A DNA stretch of 50,312 nucleotides from an uncultured bacterium (GTDB lineage: Bacteria > Auribacterota > Erginobacteria > Erginobacterales > Erginobacteraceae), in NCBI GenBank assembly GCA_964465735.1, contig CAYXKT010000003.1:1-50312 (forward strand), in the 5' to 3' direction. The notes beneath the pieces are model-generated. The model was not told the DNA's origin. It made no database searches and saw nothing but the letters and a program-made list of their open reading frames with translations. Below are positions 21,210 through 28,991 of the stretch, piece by piece. A program made the position numbers and the translations under genes. Position 1 is the first letter of the stretch. The number at the start of each line of letters is the position of its first letter.

Positions 21210-24200
21210 TGCCCTCTTTTCTCCTCGACCGGATCAGGCCTGCCGCCAGGCCGGCGGCGGTAATCAGCAGCCCGGCCAGGGCCAGCCGGTAAGACCAGCG
21301 GACCGGAGGGGAGAGGTAGGAGATTTCCAGCATCCGCTCTCGGTCCGCTCCGAGGACGGGGACAGCGAAAAAGGGTCCGTTGGCCGGAAGGATCGGAAGG
21401 TTCTTCCCCTCCAGGGAGGCTCGCAGGAGGTTGGTATGGAGCCGGTTAACGATCAGGTAGCCGGGGGATTCGGTATAAAACCGGACCTGGAACCGGTTGG
21501 GGTTCTCCCCGGTGATTAGCTTGGCCCGGTCGAGGGGCGAGGGTCGGCCCGGGGGAAGAAGCGCCGCCGATTCTTCCTCCAGCAGTACCAGTTTCCCTTC
21601 GAGGACCTCTTTCCGTTCGATGATTGTAGTTCCCCATCTCCGGGGATCACCCAGCATTGAAATTACCTCGGCCCGGTGGGCGATGAAGGTGGGGGGGAGG
21701 GCGGAGATCTCCCAGATATCGACTTTGCCGGAGTAAATCTTGATCATCAGCCTTGCGGCTGACCGGCTGCTGCGGTCAAGAGCCCCGGGGGGGGAGAGGA
21801 TATAGCGGGTGCCGGCCAGGCGGAAGAAGGGGAAACTCCGTTCAAAGGCCCGGACCTGGGCGGATTGAGAACTGCCGTAGGGGGTGCCCTGGCTGTGAGT
21901 GATCGGGTTGTCGCCGGTGTACCAGAGCGAGTAACTGGAGTTGGAGGGGACGACCTGGAGGAACTGTTCAAGAAAGAACTGATAGGCGGCCGGGTTCATC
22001 GAGACGCAGCCGCGCAGATCAACCAGTCCGTGGGCGGAGGCGAAGTTAGGGGCCAGTACCCGGCCGACCCCGGTCAGGGCGTAAGGTTGGCGTTCCTGGA
22101 GAAAGCGGACGAAAGCAAGGGGTTCCCGGGGAGAGGACTGCCGGGAGAGGCGGGGAGAAGAGACGGAGTCGATAATCAGGAAAGCGGCGCCGGAAAGTAC
22201 CAGGCCGGCTCCCATCAGGAACGGACGTTTTCTCCGCCAAAAGACCGCGAAAATAACGACCGCGGCGGCGATGGCGAAAGGGATCTTGTCGATCAACAGG
22301 AGTTTATCGAAGTGGTTGCGGGGGATGTAGATCGCCAGTTCCGCCCAGACCGGGAAAAGGAAGAGCCAGCCCATCCCGGTCCCCGCTCCCTCTCCTCGGG
22401 CCCGGAGGCAGAGCCAGGAGAAAAAGGCCACAATGAGGACGGCGAAATAAAAATGGAGCCGGAGCATCTCATCGGCCTGGGGAGAGAAGAATCCGGAGGT
22501 GAAGAAGAGCGCGGCCAGCCCGGCCAGTAAAATAGCGGAGAGAACTGGAAGGATGACTCGCCGGGTTCGCGTATTTGGCGGGAGAAGGAGAAAACCGGCC
22601 AGGTCGAGGACGAAGATCGCCCACCAGATATTCGGCAAGGGGCCCGGGGGGAGGATGGCCCAGCCTCCGGCCAGGGCCAGGGGGATGGCAACCGCGACGG
22701 CGGCGACCGTCCCAAAATTGGCCGGTGAGGCGGCGATGATGAAAAGACCGGCCAGGGCTGCCAGCAATATCGGGGCGGCCAGGAGATAAGCCCCGATCGG
22801 TTCGGGGAGTGGAAAGTGATAATGCCTCTCGGGAAACCAGCGGAGGGCGACGGCTCCCGCCGCGGAGAGCAGGCCGATAACCTCGAACTGCCGATGTCGG
22901 AACGCCTTCCGGCATTTCTGGAAGGTGGAGGAGAGATATCGGCGTAGAGGGGCAGAGATTAAACGATAGATAAGGTAGAGGACTCCGGCCAGAGAGAAGC
23001 AGAGGAGACCATTGGAGAAGACATATCCCCGCAGCTGGGCCTTCTTCCAGAGCTCTCCCGCCTGCCACCAGAAGACGGCGGAGAGGATCAGGCCAAGGAG
23101 GAGCAATCCGGAGATGACCAAGGGATTGGTCAGGAAGGCGCTTGCCCGTCGGTGGGGTGTGGTTCCGGCCGCCGGCCGGAAAGGTTCGGCTTTGTCCAGG
23201 AGATTATCGAGACCGAGGGCGGCGAGGACGGCGAGGGCGAAACTCCAGGAAGCCGCCGCCCAGCGGGGTGACCAGGTCTGGTCGAAGAAGGGGAGGAGGC
23301 CGAGCAGCTGGGCCGGGGACCAGCCGAGATTTTTGGCCAGGACAAAGAGGAAGTAAGATCCGAAGACCATCACCTCCCGCCGGTTCCTCCGTGTCCGGCG
23401 GCCGGCGGCACCGGCCAGGATCAGCAGCCCGAGCCCGAAATAACCCCCAACCCAGTCCCAGAGCAGGTTGATCGTCCGGTAGGACCAGGGCCAGGGGGTC
23501 TGGCGGAGACGGGGAAAGAAGGTGAAGAGAAAATTGGCGACCGTCATCGGGGATTGCAGTCCCAGTTCGCCGCCCGGAGGATGATAGGTCCAGGCTTCCT
23601 CGTGAAAGAGAAGGAAGAGAACGAACTGAGGGGCGGCGATCAAAGCGCTCAAGACGATCGCCCCCAGGCTGGAAAAGAAGGCCGGGTTTTTCCGTCCGGG
23701 GGGGAGGGAGAAGAGACGGGTCAGGCCATAGACCAGGGCCAGCAGGAGGACGTAGAGCTGGATCTCCGGCTGGCTGGCGGTATGGACCAGCGCTAACGCC
23801 AAAGCCAGCCAGCAGGTTCGTCCGAGGTTGGGTCGGTCGAAGAAGGCCCGGACCGCCCAGAGCAGAATCGGCACCGTCATCGCCACGTTGGAGACTTCTT
23901 CGTGGTTGGAGTAGATGACCATAATCGACCCCAACCCGAATCCCACCGCTCCGAGCAGAGCCGCCACCCGGGTTTGGCAGAGCGGTCGAAGGAAGAGGTA
24001 GGTGAAGGCCCCGGCCAGGACCAGTCTCAGGAGGATAAAGAAGTCGTAACCGGCCGGGAGAAAGAGGTTTTCAATTATCTGATAGGGTGAGAAGATCCGG
24101 TGGCAGTACTGGCCGGCCAGGGGGATCCCCAGGTTCTGATCGGGCATTACCAGGGGGATATGCCCCGCCTTCAGTGCCCGGCCGATCGCCAGGTTGACCG

Positions 24201-24429
24201 GCCACTCCAGGTAGGCCGGGTTGGCGAGGTCGACGTGCCAGCCGTGACGGCCGTCGGCGTTCCCGGCAATATCGGAATAGCCGGTGGTCGACTGGATCTC
24301 GCGCTGGGGGATCAGCAGGACCGGGTTAAGCGATCGGCGAAGAAAGGTCACGTTCCCGTAGGCCAGCGCGACCAAAACTACGACCAGGGTCAGGGGGAAG
24401 AGAAGAGACAGTTTTTGGCTGAATTTCAT
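21187..24429 (-). CDS. Very large polytopic membrane protein, YfhO-like GT-C family candidate
   Basis: 1,080 aa with more than 20 hydrophobic segments. The N-terminal region (LANPAYLEWPVNLAIGRALKAGHIPLVMPDQNLGIPL) and the C-terminal soluble domain (…FQVRFYTESPGYLIVNRLHTNLLRASLEGKNLPILPANGPFFAVPVLGADRERMLEISYLSP) follow the pattern I associate with YfhO-family proteins. Not HMM-verified. Confidence 0.6.
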   Translation of the reverse strand: MKFSQKLSLLFPLTLVVVLVALAYGNVTFLRRSLNPVLLIPQREIQSTTGYSDIAGNADGRHGWHVDLANPAYLEWPVNLAIGRALKAGHIPLVMPDQNLGIPLAGQYCHRIFSPYQIIENLFLPAGYDFFILLRLVLAGAFTYLFLRPLCQTRVAALLGAVGFGLGSIMVIYSNHEEVSNVAMTVPILLWAVRAFFDRPNLGRTCWLALALALVHTASQPEIQLYVLLLALVYGLTRLFSLPPGRKNPAFFSSLGAIVLSALIAAPQFVLFLLFHEEAWTYHPPGGELGLQSPMTVANFLFTFFPRLRQTPWPWSYRTINLLWDWVGGYFGLGLLILAGAAGRRTRRNRREVMVFGSYFLFVLAKNLGWSPAQLLGLLPFFDQTWSPRWAAASWSFALAVLAALGLDNLLDKAEPFRPAAGTTPHRRASAFLTNPLVISGLLLLGLILSAVFWWQAGELWKKAQLRGYVFSNGLLCFSLAGVLYLIYRLISAPLRRYLSSTFQKCRKAFRHRQFEVIGLLSAAGAVALRWFPERHYHFPLPEPIGAYLLAAPILLAALAGLFIIAASPANFGTVAAVAVAIPLALAGGWAILPPGPLPNIWWAIFVLDLAGFLLLPPNTRTRRVILPVLSAILLAGLAALFFTSGFFSPQADEMLRLHFYFAVLIVAFFSWLCLRARGEGAGTGMGWLFLFPVWAELAIYIPRNHFDKLLLIDKIPFAIAAAVVIFAVFWRRKRPFLMGAGLVLSGAAFLIIDSVSSPRLSRQSSPREPLAFVRFLQERQPYALTGVGRVLAPNFASAHGLVDLRGCVSMNPAAYQFFLEQFLQVVPSNSSYSLWYTGDNPITHSQGTPYGSSQSAQVRAFERSFPFFRLAGTRYILSPPGALDRSSRSAARLMIKIYSGKVDIWEISALPPTFIAHRAEVISMLGDPRRWGTTIIERKEVLEGKLVLLEEESAALLPPGRPSPLDRAKLITGENPNRFQVRFYTESPGYLIVNRLHTNLLRASLEGKNLPILPANGPFFAVPVLGADRERMLEISYLSPPVRWSYRLALAGLLITAAGLAAGLIRSRRKEGNEVTAGK

Positions 24430-24475
24430 TAGCCCAATTGAGGACGTTCTCCAGATTATTTCCCCTCTGGTCCGG

Positions 24476-26923
24476 TTATTTTCCGGCCTCCGCCACTCGA
24501 TATAATTCCAATCCCCCCAGAGAGTAGAAAGCGCTGCTGGTTTCGTGGCCGTCCACGATCAGGAGACGATAATAACGATAGGGGGTTTGGTTTGTAAAGA
24601 GCCATCCGTTCCATTGAGCGGGGAGGGGCGCCTGGTCCTGGATTATGGCTGACAGGTCCCCCCAGGTTTCTCCATCCTCGCTGCCCTGAATGACGGCGGT
24701 CCGGAACGATTGACGGGGGATGTCCTCTCGGGGCAGGGTCCGGATGAAGTTGATCGCCTCGGCTCGTCCCGGACCGAGATCGATCATCACCCAGGCCGGC
24801 CGGCCGATTTTGTCCTCGTCAATGTGCCAGTATTTATCTGGGCCGGGTTGAAAAAGTGATTCCGGCGGTCGATCCGGGATCCGCGAACTGGCAGTTAGTT
24901 CGCCGGGGGGGGCGAAAAGGTTGCCGGTGAGGAGGCGGACGGGGATCGATGCAGGTTCCGATAACTTTCCAAGATCCAGCCCGGTCAGCCGGAGGAGAAA
25001 GCTGACGATCGCGGCGGCGATCTCTTCTTCCGTCTCCGGTTCCGGAAAGCGGTGATAGAGGCGTCGGGAGGGATCCGGGAGTTCGGCCGGACGCCCCCGG
25101 GGGAGGCGGTCGAGAATCTCCTGAAAGCGGTCTCGGGAGATATATTCCACTTCTCCCGGTTTCAGCGGTTGGAGGAGGTTGTAGATGGTATAGCCCGATC
25201 CCTGCTCAATGATCTCATACCGGGCGGAGAGCCAGTCGTCGTAAAAAGGGGCGAAACGGGGGTGTTCGGGGTGTTGGGGTGAGAAGAAGAGGGTTGGCTT
25301 CGAGGAAATCTCATAGCTGGGGTTGACCAGGTAGCGTCTGTGGCTGAACATCAAGGCCGGGTGGCGCCCGGCCATCCAGCCGGCGGGGACCCCGGTCTGG
25401 GCGGAGACCACGGTCGGGATGGCGCTGGTCACAAAGTGGGCTTCCCGGCATTTCCGGAGAGTTGAGATCCCGGGGTATTCCTCAAACGGCCGATGGCGGG
25501 AGATCCTCCCGGCGACCAACCCCCCGATGAGGGCGGCGGCCAGCAGACCACCGATGATCTTCCCGAAAATTCCCTTCCCGAGTATGAGATTATTAAAGAC
25601 TCCGGCCAGGACCGTTCCAAAGAGAAAAGCGGCGAAGGGGCCAAAGAGGAGGGCGGTGGAACCCCACTGATGGTCGGCGGTGTGCTGGACGAAGACGACG
25701 AACCAAAAGACGGAAGCCACGAAAAAGAGGAGAAGCGCCCGCCGGATCTTCTTCCTCCCCGGCCCCCCGTCCGGGAGCAGATAACGGCCGAAAATAACCG
25801 CCCCGGCCAGGGTCGGACCCCAGCCCCAGCCGAAGAAACCTTCCAGGTGGCAGTAAAAATTCTTCCAGAAGGAAGTCAGGCTGTAACTGCCGTGGAGGAG
25901 GGTCTGCTCTTCCCACATCAAAATCGGCGCCCGGCGGTAGATCTCCATCAGCGGGGTGATCCCCAGACCGGTCCGGTGGAGTAAAGATTCGGCCTTGTCG
26001 AGGATCCAGAAATCCGCCCCCACTGCCAGCATCACGCAGAACTGGTGAAGCAGGACCGCCGCCGCCCCCGCGCCCAGCAGCAGCCCGATCCGGGACCAGG
26101 GGACTTTCCGCAGTTTGAGCAGTTTGGTTCCGATGAAGAAGAGAGCGACGAAGGGAACATACTCGTAGTTTGAGTAACAGAGGAGGAAGAAAAAGACCGC
26201 GGCCAGGGCCGTGAATACCCGGGTGCGGTCTGGACTCTCCCCGCCGGTTCCGTCATTGCGAGGCCGTAAGGCCGAAACAATATTCACTTCACCGGAGATT
26301 GCTTTGTCTCCCTCACTTTGTTCGGGGTCCTCGCAATGACCTTGGGGACGGCTGTCGGCGGATCGGAGGAAGAAATAGATCGCCATAAAAGCGAAGGCCC
26401 ACTGGTGGTTGATGAAGAGGTTATCGCCCCAGGCGATATAAACCGGGTTGAAGATATAGACCGCTAGCGAAAAGACCGCTGCCCGGGGATTGGCCAGCTG
26501 CTTGACCAGCAGGTAAAAGAACCAGGCCGCCAGCAGATTCCAGAGGATGGCCATTATCCGCTGCTGGGAGATGTCCTCCAGTCCCAGCCGGTAGTAAACC
26601 CCGCTCAGGATCTCGGAGAGGGGAGGGTTGTGGGTGTACCAGAGCGGGTAGGCCTCCTCCGGACCGGTGGCGTACTCGGCGAGAAGATACTCCCGAAAGA
26701 ACCCCCGCTGGGCAAAGTTCCGTCCCGGGACGTACTGGTTGGCGTCGAGGTAGGGGTCCCCCTGGGAGAAGGACTTGTAAAAGGGGAACCGCCACCAGAC
26801 CATAAAGAGCAGTACACCCAGAACCGCCACCAACCCCAGCGCGGCCCAGTCGAATTTAGAAAATCGCGTCCTCAATATTGCCAACCCCAAACTTCCCCAA
26901 TATGGACAAGCAGATATACGCAA
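24476..26923 (-). CDS. Polytopic GT-C-like membrane protein with C-terminal F5/8 type C (discoidin)-like domain
   Basis: 815 aa with ~12 hydrophobic segments. The C-terminal ~140 aa (24479..24901) read LTASSRIPDRPPESLFQPGPDKYWHI...GRPAWVMIDLG...LPREDIPRQSFRTAVIQGSEDGETW...YRYYRLLIVDGHE, a discoidin-like pattern. The gene contains an in-frame hairpin-repeat insertion at 26252..26340. Confidence 0.7.
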   Translation of the reverse strand: MRISACPYWGSLGLAILRTRFSKFDWAALGLVAVLGVLLFMVWWRFPFYKSFSQGDPYLDANQYVPGRNFAQRGFFREYLLAEYATGPEEAYPLWYTHNPPLSEILSGVYYRLGLEDISQQRIMAILWNLLAAWFFYLLVKQLANPRAAVFSLAVYIFNPVYIAWGDNLFINHQWAFAFMAIYFFLRSADSRPQGHCEDPEQSEGDKAISGEVNIVSALRPRNDGTGGESPDRTRVFTALAAVFFFLLCYSNYEYVPFVALFFIGTKLLKLRKVPWSRIGLLLGAGAAAVLLHQFCVMLAVGADFWILDKAESLLHRTGLGITPLMEIYRRAPILMWEEQTLLHGSYSLTSFWKNFYCHLEGFFGWGWGPTLAGAVIFGRYLLPDGGPGRKKIRRALLLFFVASVFWFVVFVQHTADHQWGSTALLFGPFAAFLFGTVLAGVFNNLILGKGIFGKIIGGLLAAALIGGLVAGRISRHRPFEEYPGISTLRKCREAHFVTSAIPTVVSAQTGVPAGWMAGRHPALMFSHRRYLVNPSYEISSKPTLFFSPQHPEHPRFAPFYDDWLSARYEIIEQGSGYTIYNLLQPLKPGEVEYISRDRFQEILDRLPRGRPAELPDPSRRLYHRFPEPETEEEIAAAIVSFLLRLTGLDLGKLSEPASIPVRLLTGNLFAPPGELTASSRIPDRPPESLFQPGPDKYWHIDEDKIGRPAWVMIDLGPGRAEAINFIRTLPREDIPRQSFRTAVIQGSEDGETWGDLSAIIQDQAPLPAQWNGWLFTNQTPYRYYRLLIVDGHETSSAFYSLGGLELYRVAEAGK
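26252..26340. repeat. CATTGCGAGG-type palindromic hairpin element inserted in frame within the CDS
   Basis: The termini gtcattgcgagg (26252..26263) and cctcgcaatgac (26329..26340) are perfect inverted repeats. The interior resembles the copy at 48050..48128 (agtga…gaCaaagcaatctc). It is translated as GHCEDPEQSEGDKAISGEVNIVSALRPRNDG in a loop of the 815-aa protein. Confidence 0.75.
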
Positions 26924-26979
26924 CCTATTCTATCAAGCGGTGACCCGGGAGCAAAACATATTCCTGGTGTGAAGCTTGA

Positions 26980-27173
26980 TTGACATCGAACGTTTAGATG
27001 TTACCTAAATTGAGCGATTCTATGCGGCGAACTGCACCAATCTTTTGCGTCCGAACGGATATTGAAAATCCTCGCCATATCTCCTGGATATGGCTGCGGT
27101 TTTCGCAACCCGTCGGCCAGCAAAATCTTAGCACATTTCATCCGCAATAATCGCTCAACTTAGGTGTTAATAT
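26980..27173 (+). promoter_or_regulatory. Putative sigma70-type vapBC promoter split by the MITE insertion
   Basis: TTGACA lies at 26980..26985 and TAATAT at 27168..27173. Removing the MITE and one TSD copy restores TTGACA-16 nt-TAATAT. Confidence 0.4.
27004..27164. mobile_element. 161-bp MITE, copy 1
   Basis: The terminal inverted repeats are cctaaattgagcgatt and aatcgctcaacttagg (16 nt, 1 mismatch). It is flanked by the 5-bp direct duplication TGTTA (26999..27003 and 27165..27169). The interior is an imperfect palindrome with the central hairpin ccatatc-tcct-gg-gatatgg region. It is near-identical to copies 2 and 3. Confidence 0.9.
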
Positions 27174-27187
27174 ACAGTCAAATATAC

Positions 27188-27204
27188 GAATGCATAATGC
27201 ATTC
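27188..27204. promoter_or_regulatory. Perfect 8-1-8 palindrome between the -10 and the RBS of vapB (candidate antitoxin operator)
   Basis: The sequence gaatgcat-a-atgcattc is followed directly by the RBS aaggagag and the vapB ATG at 27221. Confidence 0.45.
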
Positions 27205-27220
27205 AAGGAGAGGGCGAATT

Positions 27221-27451
27221 ATGAAAGTTATAACTGTCCGAAGCGTTGCCGATGATACCTATCTGGCGCTCAAGCGCTGGGCGAAGATCAATCGCCGCAG
27301 CCTCCAGGAGCAGGTGAAGTGTATCCTGGAGCGCGAGGTTCAACTGGTCGAGAAAAGCCCCGAACTGCAATGCCGGGACTGGAGAACCCGACTGCGGGAT
27401 CGGGACTGGGGTGATATTACGGCGGATATCCGCCGGGAGCGTGATCGATGA
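27221..27451 (+). CDS. vapB: Ribbon-helix-helix antitoxin (VapB/FitA-like)
   Basis: The start is moved from the track ORF (27164) to the ATG at 27221, which has the RBS aaggagag upstream. The product MKVITVRSVADDTYLALKRWAKINRRSLQEQVKCILEREV has an RHH/Arc-like N-terminus. The stop overlaps the vapC start (ATGA). Confidence 0.75.
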   Translation: MKVITVRSVADDTYLALKRWAKINRRSLQEQVKCILEREVQLVEKSPELQCRDWRTRLRDRDWGDITADIRRERDR

Positions 27452-27852
27452 TCGTGGTCATCGATACTTCGGCTCTGCTTCGGCTATTTATCCCCGATGG
27501 TCCGATACCGGCCGGCCTGACCCGGGCCCTCCGGGAGGCGGAGCGGGGAGAGGGCGCTCTGCTGGCCCCGGAATTAATCCAGCCCGAAGCGGCTCAGGCC
27601 CTGCGCAAGAAACACCGGGAAGGGATTTTGTCCCGGGAGGAGATGGAGGAATTACTGGAGTGTATTCTCTCGCTCCCGATCAAGCTTTTCGGGCACCGGG
27701 CGCTGATCCGGCGAGCCTCCGCGCTGGCCCGGGAAGACAAGCTGACCGTTTATGACTCGCTCTTTCTGGCTCTGGCCGAGGCAAAAAACGCCCGGTTGTT
27801 AACCGCCGATCGCGCTCTGGCAAAAGCGGCGGAAAAACTGGAGTTGTTTTGA
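27448..27852 (+). CDS. vapC: PIN-domain toxin (VapC-like ribonuclease)
   Basis: 134 aa. MIVVIDTSALL carries the first acidic residue, followed by TVYDSLFLALAE and ARLLTADRAL motifs in the typical PIN arrangement. It is coupled to an upstream small antitoxin gene. Confidence 0.8.
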   Translation: MIVVIDTSALLRLFIPDGPIPAGLTRALREAERGEGALLAPELIQPEAAQALRKKHREGILSREEMEELLECILSLPIKLFGHRALIRRASALAREDKLTVYDSLFLALAEAKNARLLTADRALAKAAEKLELF

Positions 27853-27876
27853 ATTATATTTCCGCGACGGAATAAA

Positions 27877-28464
27877 TCATTCAAAGAAAGCCAGTCCGGC
27901 CATCGAATAAAAATCCCCTCCCTCGTGGCCGTCGGTGATCAGCAGCTTATAATAGCGGAAAGCCCGGTCATTGTTAAAATCCCACTTCCACCAATTGGCC
28001 CGTCGGGGAGTTCCCCAGAGGATTACCGTGGCGATGCTGTTCCAGTTTTCCCCGTCATCACTGCCGAGAAGTTCGGCGGTCCGGAAGAACTGGCGGGGAA
28101 TATCTTCCCGGGGGAGCGCGGCCAGGGACCGGACGGAATATTCATTTCCGGCTCCAAAATCCGCCAGGACCCAGGCCGGTTCGCCGACCTGGTCCAGGGC
28201 AATATGCCAGAAAGACTGGGGATTGCCGTCGCTCAGGCGGTCCGGGGACTGATTATTCTGATTGCGGGAAGAGGCGGAAAGCCTAACCCCCGGTTGGTTG
28301 AGCAGGTTGCCGGAGAGATCGATCTCCGCCACTTCCAGGGGCGCTATCCGCTCGGCTCCGAATTCAAGGATATTGACCCGGATCAGCATCTGGATGATGA
28401 TAGCCAGCAGGATCAATCCGAATACAACCAACGCGACTTTCTCTTTTTTACTGAACTTTTCCAT
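27877..28464 (-). CDS. Membrane-anchored F5/8 type C (discoidin)-like domain protein
   Basis: 195 aa with the N-terminal TM helix VALVVFGLILLAIIIQMLI. The rest is paralogous to the C-terminus of the 815-aa protein, sharing LxASSR, WHI, GxPAWV, LPREDIPRQ, GSxDGExW and RYYxLLIxDGHE. Confidence 0.75.
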   Translation of the reverse strand: MEKFSKKEKVALVVFGLILLAIIIQMLIRVNILEFGAERIAPLEVAEIDLSGNLLNQPGVRLSASSRNQNNQSPDRLSDGNPQSFWHIALDQVGEPAWVLADFGAGNEYSVRSLAALPREDIPRQFFRTAELLGSDDGENWNSIATVILWGTPRRANWWKWDFNNDRAFRYYKLLITDGHEGGDFYSMAGLAFFE

Positions 28465-28524
28465 CTTAAGAATTCTCCCTCAAGAGGTTTTAGGCGATAT
28501 TAACTATCTCCCAATTCATTTAAA

Positions 28525-28685
28525 CCTAAATTGAGCGATTCTATGCGGCGAACTGCACCAATCTTTTGCGTCCGAACGGATATTGAAAATCCTCGCCATA
28601 TCTCCTGGATATGGCTGCGGTTTTCGCAACCCGTCGGCCAGCAAAATCTTAGCACGTTTCATCCGCAATAATCGCTCAACTTAGG
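28525..28685. mobile_element. 161-bp MITE, copy 2
   Basis: It has the same orientation and length as copy 1. It is flanked by the 5-bp duplication TTAAA (28520..28524 and 28686..28690). Confidence 0.9.
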
Positions 28686-28741
28686 TTAAATATTGTAACA
28701 TTTTAGCTCAATAAAAGTCTCTACTGTTTTATCAGCTTGGA

Positions 28742-28849
28742 ATTGTAATTGCGAGGAGCCGAAGGCGACGGAGAAATCTCCAGGTTGAGATTGTTTATCC
28801 GTCTTCCGTCTGCAGCCGGATCCGCGAAAACCCGGATCGTAATGACAAT
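28742..28849. repeat. Degenerate CATTGCGAGG-type hairpin element
   Basis: The left arm is attgtaattgcgaggagccgaaggcgacggagaaatctc. The right arm ends in cgtaatgacaat and carries an internal insertion. It is related to the copies at 26252 and 48050. Confidence 0.5.
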
Positions 28850-28991
28850 CAATAACGCATTTAGAAGGCTAAAGTGTTACACAACATTTTCTTTAGACTG
28901 TTGGCTTCCGGTATAGCCGAAAAATGAACAAACCTGAAAATAGGTCTGTCATTTTATCATCGATCGGGATGATCCTTCACTCTTGCCGGGG

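Noticed and set aside
27004-28685. Composite transposon formed by MITE copies 1 and 2 carrying vapBC and the discoidin gene
   Set aside because: Each MITE has its own matching 5-bp duplication on both of its sides (TGTTA and TTAAA). They therefore inserted independently. A composite would show one duplication at the outer ends only.
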